Notes: a model not told the origin generated them from the sequence alone. Positions 19,260-28,795 are shown, counted from the stretch's first letter. The stretch is DNA of 42,312 nt from Gemmatimonadales bacterium (GCA_038321865.1 JBBQFH010000029.1:1-42312); one strand, 5' to 3'. Made by a program: numbers and translations.

Positions 19260-19263
19260 CCCC

Positions 19264-20379
19264 GTGAATCACCGCCGCTGTCCGCGGTGCCAGACCAACT
19301 ACGCCGCTCCCGCCCGCTACTGCAGGCGTGACGGCTCGCCGCTGGTCGAGCTGTCCGTGCCCGATCCGGCGCTCGACGCGCCGCCTGCCCCCGCGCCCGC
19401 CGTCCCGCCCGCGGACCAGCCGACCGACCGCTCGACCGCCGACACGGCGCCCTCGCCAGCGCTCGGTGACGCCGGCGACGATCGTCGCTACAGCACCCTC
19501 AGCGGCCAGACGCTTGACGGCCGGTACCGCATCGTCCGGAAGGTCGGTGAGGGCGGCATGTCGTTCGTCTATCAGGCGGAGGAGATCGAGACCGACCGCA
19601 CCGTCGCCGTGAAGGTGCTGACGCCAAGGCTCTCGCGCGATCCGCCGTCGGTCGAGCGTCTCAAGCGCGAGGCCGCGATCGCGATGCGGTTCGACCATCC
19701 CAACGTCTGTCCCATCTTCCGGGTCGGTCAGACGGCTGACGGCGTGCTCTACCTCGTGATGCCGTTCCTCGCGGGCGAGCCGCTGAGCGACTTCGAGTCA
19801 CGGATCGGGCCGCTGTCGCTGGAGCAGGGGCTTCCGATCCTGGTGCAGGTGTGCCACGGGCTGCAGCACGCGCACGAGCTGAGCACGGTGCACCGCGATC
19901 TCAAGCCGGAGAACGTGATGCTGGTGCCGGACGAGCGGGAGAAGAGCGGGCTTCGTGCCGTGGTCATGGACTTCGGACTCGCCAAGCAGCGGCGCAGCGC
20001 CGGCCCCGATGCCGCCAAGCTCACCCAGACCGGCATCGTGCTGGGCACGCCGGAATTCATGAGCCCGGAGCAGATTCGCGGCAAGCCGCTCGACGGCCGC
20101 AGCGACGTCTACGCCATCGGCGTGCTCGCCTTCGAGATGTTCACCGGCCAGCTGCCGTTCACCGGCAAGAATGCGCAGGAAACCATGCTGGCCAGGCTCC
20201 GCGGGCAGCCGACTCCGATCCGCTCCCTGCGGCCCGAGCTGCCGGGCCGGCTGGAAGCGGTCATCACGCGCGCGCTCGCGATGCAGCCCGCCGACCGGCA
20301 AGCCAACATGGAGGAGCTCGCGTTCGCCTTTGAGACCGCCGGCCAGGGCGGCGTGCTGGCGCGGCTCTTCCGGAAATAG
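19264..20379 (+). CDS. Hanks-type Ser/Thr protein kinase with N-terminal zinc-ribbon-like motif
   Basis: CPRC...YCRRDG, GEGGMSFVY, VAVK, HRDLKPEN, DFG, GTPEFMSPEQ. No TM or sensor domain. Confidence 0.95.
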   Translation: MNHRRCPRCQTNYAAPARYCRRDGSPLVELSVPDPALDAPPAPAPAVPPADQPTDRSTADTAPSPALGDAGDDRRYSTLSGQTLDGRYRIVRKVGEGGMSFVYQAEEIETDRTVAVKVLTPRLSRDPPSVERLKREAAIAMRFDHPNVCPIFRVGQTADGVLYLVMPFLAGEPLSDFESRIGPLSLEQGLPILVQVCHGLQHAHELSTVHRDLKPENVMLVPDEREKSGLRAVVMDFGLAKQRRSAGPDAAKLTQTGIVLGTPEFMSPEQIRGKPLDGRSDVYAIGVLAFEMFTGQLPFTGKNAQETMLARLRGQPTPIRSLRPELPGRLEAVITRALAMQPADRQANMEELAFAFETAGQGGVLARLFRK

Positions 20380-20402
20380 CACCGACAACAGGGGAGCGAA
20401 TC

Positions 20403-21230
20403 ATGCGGCGTTTGAACTTGTGGGGTTCGGCGATGTCGTACGTGCTGGTGACCGTGGCCGCGATGGGGGCCGGCGCCGCGGCGGCCTGCGGCGCCAGGAC
20501 GGCGACCGCTTCGGCGGTAGGCCGTCCGCTCGACGCGGTCACCACCCACGGTGAGTGGGTGGAGGTGCATCGCGGCGCCGACTCGATTCGCGCATACGTC
20601 GCCTATCCCGAGCGCAGGACGAAGGCGCCGGCGGTGATCGTGATTCACGAAATCTTCGGGCTCACCGACTGGGAGCCTACCGTCGCCGACCGGCTCGCGA
20701 GGCAGGGGTACGTGGCCATCACGCCCGACCTCCTCTCCTCGCGGTTCGGCCGCTCGCCGGTGTCGGGAGATTCCGGGCGAAAGCTCATCGCCCTGCTGCG
20801 GCCGGAGGGGATCACCGCCGATCTCGATGCCGTCTATGCGTACCTCAACGGGCTGCCCGCAGTCGAACGCGATCACATCGGGACGATCGGATTCTGCTGG
20901 GGCGGCGGCCAGAGCTTCCGGTACGCCACGAACAACCCGCGGCTCAAGGCCGCAGTGGTGTGTTACGGGGTGTCACCGGATTCCGCCGCGCTGGGCCGGA
21001 TCACGGCGCCGATCCTCGGCGTCTACGGCGAGAGTGATGCGCGAATCGACGAGACCCTGCCCGGCCTTTCGGCGCGTCTCCGAGCGATGGGAAAGCCGTT
21101 CGAGTACGACATCTATCCGGGGACCGGGCACGGCTTCCTCAGGCCGGGGCGCCAGGGATCGGATGGGCCGCAGGTCGATCGTGCCTGGGAACGCATCATG
21201 GGGTTCTACGGCCGCACCCTTGGGAGGTGA
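20403..21230 (+). CDS. Dienelactone hydrolase family protein, probably exported
   Basis: GGGGAG RBS; VIHEIFGL, GFCWGG nucleophile, ESD, GTGHGF. Confidence 0.92.
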   Translation: MRRLNLWGSAMSYVLVTVAAMGAGAAAACGARTATASAVGRPLDAVTTHGEWVEVHRGADSIRAYVAYPERRTKAPAVIVIHEIFGLTDWEPTVADRLARQGYVAITPDLLSSRFGRSPVSGDSGRKLIALLRPEGITADLDAVYAYLNGLPAVERDHIGTIGFCWGGGQSFRYATNNPRLKAAVVCYGVSPDSAALGRITAPILGVYGESDARIDETLPGLSARLRAMGKPFEYDIYPGTGHGFLRPGRQGSDGPQVDRAWERIMGFYGRTLGR

Positions 21231-21234
21231 GCCG

Positions 21235-21531
21235 GTGATCCACCACATCGTATTGTTCCGGATGCACCCGACGACGGGACCGCTGCAGGTGGAGGACGCC
21301 CGCCGCGCGCTGGAGACCATGCAGGGATCCATCCCGGAGGTTCGCCGGGTGAGCTTTGGTCCCAATCTGGGTCCCAGCGCCGAGGAATGGCCCCACGTGC
21401 TCGTGGTCCAGGTCGACACCATGGCCGCCGTCGAGCGCTACCTCGCGCATCCGGTCCACGTCGACACGGTGGCGAAGTACGTCGCCCCCATCCGCGCGGC
21501 GCGGATGGCCATCGATGTGGCGGTCGCATGA
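21235..21531 (+). CDS. Dabb (stress-responsive A/B barrel) family protein
   Basis: GTG start: VIHHIVLFR...IPEVRRVSFGPN...YLAHPVH, the Dabb signature. Confidence 0.88.
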   Translation: MIHHIVLFRMHPTTGPLQVEDARRALETMQGSIPEVRRVSFGPNLGPSAEEWPHVLVVQVDTMAAVERYLAHPVHVDTVAKYVAPIRAARMAIDVAVA

Positions 21532-23141
21532 TCCTGGCCTTGCTGCTCGCCGGCCAGGATCCGCTCGCCGTGCGTCCCGACACCGTGCACCCGGTGCACG
21601 ATGCGCTGCACTACGATGTGACCATCGCCGTGCCGGATACCGGGCAGATGATCCGGGGTGAGGCGGCGGTGACGTGGCGGATCACGTCGTCCGCGCCGAT
21701 ACGGCTGCAGCTCGACACGGCGCTCTCGGTCACACGTGCGGCCTGGTCGGGCGACCGCCGCCTGCTCCGCGGCGAGTGGCGGCGCACCGGCGAGCTGATC
21801 GAGTTTCCGCATCACCGGGCGATCGGGGACACCGTCACGACCCGGCTGCAGTACACCGGTCGGGTGCGCGACGGACTCATCATCAGCACCAATCCCTATG
21901 GGGCGCGCACGGCATTCGCCGACAACTGGCCTGACCGGGCCCACCACTGGTTTCCGGCCCAGGATCACCCGGGCGACAAGGCGACGGTGAGCTTCCACGT
22001 CGAGGTTCCCGCCGGGTGGCAGGCGATCGGCGTCGGCTCACTGCGCCGGACGGACACGCTGCCGGGCGGGCGGACCCTCTGGCACTACCGCCTCGATGCG
22101 GCCGTGCCGGTCTACAACATGGTGGTCGGGGCGGGACGCATGACCATCACGCGGATGGGAATTCCGGGTTGTGGCGCACGCTGTGTGCCCGTGACGGTCT
22201 GGGCCTACCCGGAGGATTCCGCGTATGCGGTGTCCGGTCCGTTCCGCAGGGCGCCGGAGATACTCCAGTACTTCACGCAGCTGGTCGGGCCCTTTCCCTA
22301 TCCCGCGCTCGCACACGTGGAGTCGAGCACGATCTTCGGCGGCGCCGAGAATGCGAGCGCCATCTTCTACGGCGATCGGCTGTACGCGGCGCGGCGCCTG
22401 CAGGAGAGCACGGTGGCGCATGAGACGGCGCACCAGTGGTTCGGCGATGCGGTCACCGAGACCGACTGGCACCACCTGTGGCTGAGCGAAGGGTTCGCGA
22501 CCTACTTCGCCGCGCTGTGGGAGGGGCACGCGGCGGGCGACAGCGCGTTTCAGCGCGTCATGCACGCCGCTGCCGTGTCGGTCTTCGACATGACCGACAG
22601 CGGCCGCACCGTCCCCAACCGGGTGACCGACCGGCCGATCCTCGACCCTGCGGCCACCGACCTGATGGGACTGCTCAACAGCAACAACTACCCCAAGGGC
22701 GCCTGGGTGCTGCACCAGCTCCGCGGGCTCATCGGCGACTCGGCCTTCTTTCGCGGCCTCCGGAATTACTACGCCCTGCACCGGAACGGAAACGCGCTCT
22801 CGTCCGACTTCGCTGCCGTCATGGGCGATGCCGCCCACGCCGACCTGGGCTGGTACTTCACGCAGGCGCTCACCCGGCCCGGCTACCCGGTGCTCGCGAT
22901 CGACCCCAGCTACGGCGATGGCCATCTGTCGCTGGTGATACGGGAGACGCAGCCGGCGGAGTGGGGCGAATTCACCATTCCCGGCCTCGAGCTGTGGATC
23001 GATGGCCAGGTACGGCGCGTGGACGTGCGCGGCCGCGAAACGCGGCTCGAGCTGGCCGGCATCCCGCGCCCACCGGCGAAGATCGAGGTAGATCCGCGCG
23101 GCCGGTGGCTCCTCAAGTCGACGGTGACCGGTGCGCCGTAG
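21528..23141 (+). CDS. M1 family zinc aminopeptidase, probably exported
   Basis: ATGA overlap; HETAHQWFG...WLSEGFATY (HEXXH-18-E); YPKGAWVLHQLR; GGAEN exopeptidase motif variant. Confidence 0.93.
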   Translation: MILALLLAGQDPLAVRPDTVHPVHDALHYDVTIAVPDTGQMIRGEAAVTWRITSSAPIRLQLDTALSVTRAAWSGDRRLLRGEWRRTGELIEFPHHRAIGDTVTTRLQYTGRVRDGLIISTNPYGARTAFADNWPDRAHHWFPAQDHPGDKATVSFHVEVPAGWQAIGVGSLRRTDTLPGGRTLWHYRLDAAVPVYNMVVGAGRMTITRMGIPGCGARCVPVTVWAYPEDSAYAVSGPFRRAPEILQYFTQLVGPFPYPALAHVESSTIFGGAENASAIFYGDRLYAARRLQESTVAHETAHQWFGDAVTETDWHHLWLSEGFATYFAALWEGHAAGDSAFQRVMHAAAVSVFDMTDSGRTVPNRVTDRPILDPAATDLMGLLNSNNYPKGAWVLHQLRGLIGDSAFFRGLRNYYALHRNGNALSSDFAAVMGDAAHADLGWYFTQALTRPGYPVLAIDPSYGDGHLSLVIRETQPAEWGEFTIPGLELWIDGQVRRVDVRGRETRLELAGIPRPPAKIEVDPRGRWLLKSTVTGAP

Positions 23142-23874
23142 TATCGCCGCCATCCTGCTCGCCCTGGCGGCGTGCGGGCTGCCACCGCTTCGCGGCAAGG
23201 CGGAGGTGGGCAAGGACGCCTATGCCGTCTTCGTCGCCAACGTGCCCGGCGGCGCCGATCTCTTCGCGTTGCTGCCCGACGGCGGTGCACCCATTCCGCT
23301 GACATTCAGCCCGGTCGAGGAATCAAATCCGCGGCTGTCGCCCGACGGCGGGATGGTGCTGTTCCTCCGCCACCAGCGGACCGGCACCGTCGACCGGCGG
23401 ACGGTGTGGCTGCTCAATCTGCTCAGCGGCGCCGAGCGGGAGCTGGCGCTGCCCCCCCGCCTGCACGCGCAGGCGGCGAGCGCCGCCTGGTCGCGTGACG
23501 GGCGGGCCGTGTACATCCGCACCGATCGCGGCACGGTCCGCGCCGCGCCCCCACCGGCCCGTCCCGAGCCGCGACTGATCCGCGTCACCGAGCTTCCTGC
23601 CGCGGATTCGAGCTTCCTCGTGCGGCTCGGCGAGCCCGCTTTCGCGACCGTCGTGGATTGCGCCCCCGCACTGTGCATCACCGACGGGGAGACGCTCTCG
23701 CCGCTGGCAAGCGGGGCCCGTGGCGCGGTCCGATGGGGCCCGGATTCGGTGGGCTACTTTCGTGGGGATCAATTCGAGGTGCGGCCGCTGGGCCCGGGCC
23801 GGGCCCGGCTGCTCGGATGGAAGCCGGAGCCGGTGCACCCCCGCGAGCTCACGTACTTCCCGGGCAGGCGCTAG
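23131..23874 (+). CDS. Lipoprotein with TolB/PD40-like repeat
   Basis: Lipobox LLALAAC; EESNPRLSPDGGMVLF; AWSRDGRAVY. Confidence 0.7.
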   Translation: MRRSIAAILLALAACGLPPLRGKAEVGKDAYAVFVANVPGGADLFALLPDGGAPIPLTFSPVEESNPRLSPDGGMVLFLRHQRTGTVDRRTVWLLNLLSGAERELALPPRLHAQAASAAWSRDGRAVYIRTDRGTVRAAPPPARPEPRLIRVTELPAADSSFLVRLGEPAFATVVDCAPALCITDGETLSPLASGARGAVRWGPDSVGYFRGDQFEVRPLGPGRARLLGWKPEPVHPRELTYFPGRR

Positions 23875-24491
23875 CGCGGCGGGGCTGGATCTCGCGCTGC
23901 GGCGATCGCGTCCCACGCCGCCTCCAGCGTGAGCGCAGCCTGAGGATGGGCGGCGTCCCACTCGCCGGCGCCGACGCGATCCGCCGCGAACGACACGACC
24001 GCCAGCCACACGGCGGCCCACAACTCCGCCGGACCCGCTCGAATCACGCCGTCCGATTTTCCGCTCGCGATCACCAGCTGCAGGGCGTCCCGGAACTGCC
24101 GCGCACTGTCGCGGCTCCCGTCGTCCAGGTACCGCTCCTCCCGCGCGGACAGCAGCATCCGCATCGCGGGCCCGTCCCGGCCCGCCTCCTCGAGGATCCG
24201 CCTTGCGATCTGCTGCAGCCGGTCGCGCACCGGCACCCGCTCGGCCTCCGACTCCCGCACGATGGTCAGCGCCCAGAGCTGGACGTCCCGGTACGCCGCG
24301 TTGAGCAGCTCGTTCTTTCCGCTGAAGTGCCGATAGATCGTGCCTTCGGCGAGGCCGGCCCGCTCGGCCAGCATCGGCGTGGTGGTCGCGCGAAAACCGA
24401 CGGTAGTGAAGAGCTCCAGGGCAGCCCGCAACAGCCGTCGCCGGGTGGCTTCCGCATCGCGACGGACGGGGGCGGCGGGAGGAATAGTCAT
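23871..24491 (-). CDS. TetR/AcrR family transcriptional regulator
   Basis: TRRRLLRAALELFTTVGFRATTTPMLAERAGLAEGTIYRHFSGKNELL helix-turn-helix. Confidence 0.95.
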   Translation of the reverse strand: MTIPPAAPVRRDAEATRRRLLRAALELFTTVGFRATTTPMLAERAGLAEGTIYRHFSGKNELLNAAYRDVQLWALTIVRESEAERVPVRDRLQQIARRILEEAGRDGPAMRMLLSAREERYLDDGSRDSARQFRDALQLVIASGKSDGVIRAGPAELWAAVWLAVVSFAADRVGAGEWDAAHPQAALTLEAAWDAIAAARDPAPPR

Positions 24492-24498
24492 CGGAGAT

Positions 24499-24542
24499 AA
24501 TCTACGGGAAAGTTGAAGCGACCGCCCGGGCCCGGCTAGATT
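24499..24542. promoter_or_regulatory. Divergent sigma70-type promoters between tetR and the dehydrogenase
   Basis: Plus strand: TTGAAG-N18-TAGATT (24513-24542). Minus strand: TAGATT (24504 to 24499) 7 nt before the tetR ATG. Confidence 0.45.
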
Positions 24543-24589
24543 TCAAGGCTGTGGCAGGATTCCGCTCACGCTGAAGAGGGGCTTCGCTC

Positions 24590-25729
24590 ATGAAGATGCT
24601 GGTGCTCGGTGCCGGGCTGCAGGGCTGTGCCTGCGCCTACGATCTGCTGCAGAATCCCGCGGTCGAGTCGGTTACGCTGGCCGACCTGCACCCTGAGCGG
24701 CTGCCCCGATTTCTCGACGTGGTCCGGGCGCGGCTCAAGCCGGTGAGGCTCGACGTGACCGACGAATCGGCGGTGCGTGCCGTGATGGCGGGTCAGACGT
24801 CGGTCATGAGCGCGCTTCCCTACTATTTCAATGGGCCGACGGCGCGGCTCGCGGTGGATGCCGGCGCCCACTTCGCCGATCTCGGCGGCAACACCGAGAT
24901 CGTATTCGAACAGAAGAAGCTGCACGCAGCCGCCAGCGCGAAGGGGATCAGCGTCATTCCCGACTGCGGGCTCGCGCCCGGCATGGTGAACATCCTCGCC
25001 GCAGAAGGCATCCGCCGCGTCGAGAAGCCCATGACGGTCAGGATCTACGTCGGCGGCCTGCCGCAGCATCCGGAGCCCCCGCTCAACTATCAGATCGTGT
25101 ACTCGCTCGAAGGCGCGCTGGACTACTACACCACCCCTTCCTGGGTGCTGCGGGGCGGCAAGCGTGCCCAGGTGGATGCGCTTTCCGGGCTCGAGAACGT
25201 CGAGTTTCCCGCACCCGTCGGCACGCTCGAGGCGTTCCACACCGGCGGCGGGATCAGCACGATGCCGTTCGCGTGGGAGGACCGGATCGATGTCATGGAA
25301 TACAAGACGCTCCGTTATCCGGGCCATGTCGCCATCATGCGGCCGATTCGCGACCTGGGGCTGCTCGACAACACGCCGATCGAGGTGAAAGGCCAGCGGG
25401 TGGTGCCGCGCGACCTGTTCATCGCCGCGGTGCATCCGAAGCTGTTCAAGCCGGAAGGCCAGGACCTGGTCGCGCTCAAGGTCGAGGTGACCGGGACGTC
25501 GGCGGGCAAGCCGGCACGGGTGGCGTTTCAGCTGCTGGACTACGCCGATGCGGAACGCGGCATCAGCGCCATGATGCGCACGACCGGTTATTCGCTCTCG
25601 ATCACCGGGCAGATGCAGGCGGACGGGCGGGTGTCGGCCAAGGGCGTCCATACCCCGGACGAGGCGATGCCGTTCCGGGGATACGTGGACGAGCTGGCCC
25701 GCCGGGGAATCCGGATCGAGGAGAGCTGA
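24590..25729 (+). CDS. Saccharopine dehydrogenase family protein (lysine 6-dehydrogenase-like)
   Basis: VLGAGLQG Rossmann motif, SALPY, DLGGN, DCGLAPG, YVGGLPQ, YKTLRYPGH, SAMMRTTG. Confidence 0.92.
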   Translation: MKMLVLGAGLQGCACAYDLLQNPAVESVTLADLHPERLPRFLDVVRARLKPVRLDVTDESAVRAVMAGQTSVMSALPYYFNGPTARLAVDAGAHFADLGGNTEIVFEQKKLHAAASAKGISVIPDCGLAPGMVNILAAEGIRRVEKPMTVRIYVGGLPQHPEPPLNYQIVYSLEGALDYYTTPSWVLRGGKRAQVDALSGLENVEFPAPVGTLEAFHTGGGISTMPFAWEDRIDVMEYKTLRYPGHVAIMRPIRDLGLLDNTPIEVKGQRVVPRDLFIAAVHPKLFKPEGQDLVALKVEVTGTSAGKPARVAFQLLDYADAERGISAMMRTTGYSLSITGQMQADGRVSAKGVHTPDEAMPFRGYVDELARRGIRIEES

Positions 25730-25742
25730 GACGGCCGACCCG

Positions 25743-26264
25743 CTGAATTTCGACCAGCTCTGGCACGACGCGCTCAGCTACACCCGCTTCGTGGCCGAGA
25801 GCACGCGGCACTGCTCGCTGTGGGAAGGGGTGTACCGCCTTGCCGTGGTCCCGCAGTGGGCGCTGGAGGCCGTGCCCGCCGATGCCGGGATTCGACTGCT
25901 GGTGCTGGTGGAGGATTGGTGCGGCGATGCCTCGAACACGGTGCCCATCGTCGCGAAGCTGGCGGACCAGGCGCCGGGGCTGGAGCTCCGGCTGCTTCGC
26001 CGCGACGAGCATCCTGCCGTGATGGACCGCTATCACACGGACGGCTCGCGCTCCATCCCCATCATCATCGCGCTGGACCGCACCTTCCGCGAGTTGGGCC
26101 ACTGGGGCCCTCGGCCGGCGGAACTGCAGGCCTTCGTCATGGCCAACCGGGAAGCGGTGCCGAAGGCACAGCTCTACCCGCAGGTCCGCCGCTGGTATGC
26201 GAAGGATCGGGGGGAGGCCACGCTGCGGGAAGTGCTCGCGATGCTCGGCCCCGCCCGCGCCTAG
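25743..26264 (+). CDS. Thioredoxin-like protein (single-Cys WCGD type)
   Basis: LVLVEDWCGDA, RSIPIII (cis-Pro), WGPRP. First ATG/GTG is at 25791, but coding-like sequence (LNFDQLWHDALSY) extends to a CTG at 25743. Confidence 0.85.
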   Translation: MNFDQLWHDALSYTRFVAESTRHCSLWEGVYRLAVVPQWALEAVPADAGIRLLVLVEDWCGDASNTVPIVAKLADQAPGLELRLLRRDEHPAVMDRYHTDGSRSIPIIIALDRTFRELGHWGPRPAELQAFVMANREAVPKAQLYPQVRRWYAKDRGEATLREVLAMLGPARA

Positions 26265-27595
26265 AAGGCCCAGCCGCTCCCGGCCGAGAAGCGCCACCCT
26301 TCGCCGCTCCTGGCGATGTTCCCGGTGAAGATAGTGGAGCGAAGCAGCCGCGCCGCGAGGCCGATGCCGACGGCCACGTGGAGGTGCTGGCCGTTGACGG
26401 CGAAGGTCTCGTTCTCGAACACCCGACCCGCATCGACGAACGCCACGACGCTGCCCGAGGCGATCTCGCCGAAGGGCAAGAAATCCTGTCGCAGCTCCAG
26501 GCTTCCGAAGACCACTCCGCTGCCGACGAAGCGTCCCGCGGCGAACCCGCGGTTTGACGTGTATCCGCCGTAGACCGGCAGCGGGAGCTCCCAGGTCGGC
26601 AGCTCGAAGCGGGCATCGAACGACGGGGTGCCGTGAAGGTCGGATGCCCCGATTCTGGCGGCCAGCACGGTCGACGGGCGAAGGGGCACGAAGCCGCGCG
26701 CCAGGCCATACACCCGCGTGTAGCCGTCGCCGCCGTTACCGGCCTGGAAACCGGCCTCGACCAGCAGTCCGGTGCGCGGGTTGTACTCATTGGCCCGCGA
26801 GTCCCACACCAGGGCGATCCGGCCGTTCAGGTCGGTCTCGGACAGCCCGGCTCCATGTTCCGAGGCGAACACACTGGGCCCGTCGAGCGCCCCGAATTCC
26901 GCCCGCTCGACTCCGCCGCGCCCGGCGAGATACAGGTGCCCGATCAGCAGTCGGCTCAGGTCGGCGTAGGCCAGGTAGCGCTTGCGCTCGAGCCGGAACA
27001 GGTTCGGCTGGGTGCTGTCGGCCAGCGCCTTGTCGTAGAGGCTGTTGTTGCCGAAGCCGTAGTAGCCGAACCGCGTCTCCCGCGTCACCATCGCGGCCGA
27101 GGCCAGCCGCCAGTTGACCCATAACAGCGGCGCGTCGAAGCGAACTGAGCCCAGGTAGCTTCCGTGAATGCCGACGCCGGCATCGAACGTCACCGCAGCC
27201 CGGTAGGTAACCCGGTCTTCGAACGCGGCCGGCAGCCAGGGGCGCACGCGGGCCACGGCGAGGAGGTCGCCGCCGGTTCCCGAGATGAAGGGAAAGTAGC
27301 TGACGCGCCAGGGCGGTCCGCCTTCGACGGCGAGCTCCGCCGGTGGTTTGCCCGCGGGCTGGGCATCGACGCGGACGGTGTCGAGCGGCTCGCGCAGGGC
27401 GCGGGCGGTATCGGCGCGTGTTCGCGGTGCCACCTGCGCCGCCGGCGGCGCCTTGGGATTGGTCGTGGGCTTGCCCTGTTCGGCGGTGTTTCCGGGCGTG
27501 GGTGGCTTGGCCGGCGTCGGCTGCTGTGCCCCCAGAGCTCCGGAACCGAGCAGGGCGGGAATCGCGAGCATCCAGGCGCGGGCCACGGCGTGCAT
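26261..27595 (-). CDS. Omp85/BamA-TamA superfamily outer-membrane beta-barrel
   Basis: Signal peptide, WDSRANEYNPRTG, SNRGFAAGRF (RGF/Y loop), FVDAGRV, C-terminal GWAF. Confidence 0.85.
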   Translation of the reverse strand: MHAVARAWMLAIPALLGSGALGAQQPTPAKPPTPGNTAEQGKPTTNPKAPPAAQVAPRTRADTARALREPLDTVRVDAQPAGKPPAELAVEGGPPWRVSYFPFISGTGGDLLAVARVRPWLPAAFEDRVTYRAAVTFDAGVGIHGSYLGSVRFDAPLLWVNWRLASAAMVTRETRFGYYGFGNNSLYDKALADSTQPNLFRLERKRYLAYADLSRLLIGHLYLAGRGGVERAEFGALDGPSVFASEHGAGLSETDLNGRIALVWDSRANEYNPRTGLLVEAGFQAGNGGDGYTRVYGLARGFVPLRPSTVLAARIGASDLHGTPSFDARFELPTWELPLPVYGGYTSNRGFAAGRFVGSGVVFGSLELRQDFLPFGEIASGSVVAFVDAGRVFENETFAVNGQHLHVAVGIGLAARLLRSTIFTGNIARSGEGWRFSAGSGWAF

Positions 27596-28638
27596 CAGGT
27601 CGACCTTTGAAAGAGGTAGGCGGCATCGCGCGAGCCGCCCTGGTTGCCATCGTGCGCGGCATACGACACCGGATACAGCGACGCCGCCCCGAACTCCCCC
27701 AGCTTGTTCACCGCGTAGAACTGAAGATCGAACTTCGGCTTGCCGTCCGGCCGGAGCAGCTGCGGCGTGGTCGCCGCCATCACCCGCTTCAGCGTCTCCA
27801 GGCAGGCGTCCGTCGGCTTCATTCCGCGTCGCATGTGCTCGACCGTCAGGAAGCCTCCGCAGACCATGATGTTGGACTCGCCGCGCCCGGTCGATCCCGC
27901 GGCACCGACGTCGTTGTCGGTATACTGCCCCGCGCCCGTGATCGGTGAATCGCCGGCCCGGCCGGGAATCTTCCAGGCCAGTCCGCTGGTCGTCGTGACC
28001 GAGCTGATGTCGCCCCTGGCGTTCACGACGTCGAGGTTGATGGTGCCCGTCGGCCGGGTCACCATCCGCTCGTGCGGGGGCACATCGACCCAGTCATCCT
28101 CGTGGCCGCGGTTGGCGCGCCACTCCAGCCACAGCTGCCTGGCTTCGGGCGTCAGGAGGTCCTCTTCCTTGAAGCCGTACGAGAGTGCGAAGCGCTTCGC
28201 CCCTTCTCCGACCAGCATGATGTGCGTGGTGTACTTGAGGACCAGGCGCGCCACCTCGCTCGGCGTCTTGATGCCCTCCAGTGCCGCCACCGCCCCCGCG
28301 CGCTTCGTCGGGCCGTGCATGCACGACGCGTCGAGCTGGACCACGCCATTCTCGTTCGGGAGCCCGCCGTATCCGACCGAGTTGTCGGTCGGGTCGAGCT
28401 CCTGGATCTTGACGCCCTCGACCGCGGCATCCAGCGTGTCAGTCCCCTCCGCGATCAACTCCATCGCGCGCTGGACGGCGCGGAGCCCGTTGTTCGATGC
28501 CACCGCCGCCGGACGGCTCGCTCCGCGGAGCAGAATCGCCGCCGATCTCGCGCCCATGACCGGCTGCGGGATCGCCGCCGCGGCGGCGGCGGCACCGGCG
28601 GTGCCGAGGAACCGCCGGCGAGAGACCGAATCAGGCAC
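27595..28638 (-). CDS. Tat-exported Ntn-hydrolase, N(4)-(beta-N-acetylglucosaminyl)-L-asparaginase / isoaspartyl peptidase family
   Basis: SRRRFLG Tat motif, SVGYGGLPN, QLDASCM, G-TIN nucleophile, TTSGLAWKIPGRAGDSP, STGRGE. Confidence 0.92.
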   Translation of the reverse strand: MPDSVSRRRFLGTAGAAAAAAAIPQPVMGARSAAILLRGASRPAAVASNNGLRAVQRAMELIAEGTDTLDAAVEGVKIQELDPTDNSVGYGGLPNENGVVQLDASCMHGPTKRAGAVAALEGIKTPSEVARLVLKYTTHIMLVGEGAKRFALSYGFKEEDLLTPEARQLWLEWRANRGHEDDWVDVPPHERMVTRPTGTINLDVVNARGDISSVTTTSGLAWKIPGRAGDSPITGAGQYTDNDVGAAGSTGRGESNIMVCGGFLTVEHMRRGMKPTDACLETLKRVMAATTPQLLRPDGKPKFDLQFYAVNKLGEFGAASLYPVSYAAHDGNQGGSRDAAYLFQRST

Positions 28639-28795
28639 GGGACACCTCCGGAGCGAGTTGACAAGATGAGCAGCCGTCGGGATTTACGCTCGCCCGACGC
28701 AGGTGTCAACCGCAACTTGCTCCATTCCCCCTGCCGCCCGTAACTTCCGCCGGGGCAACCTAATACTGCACCAGCGACCGTTTTTGTTCCGTGAG

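Noticed and set aside
28640..28795. NAD riboswitch or NrtR/NadR box upstream of the PRTase
   Set aside because: No convincing structure or palindrome could be recognised by eye.
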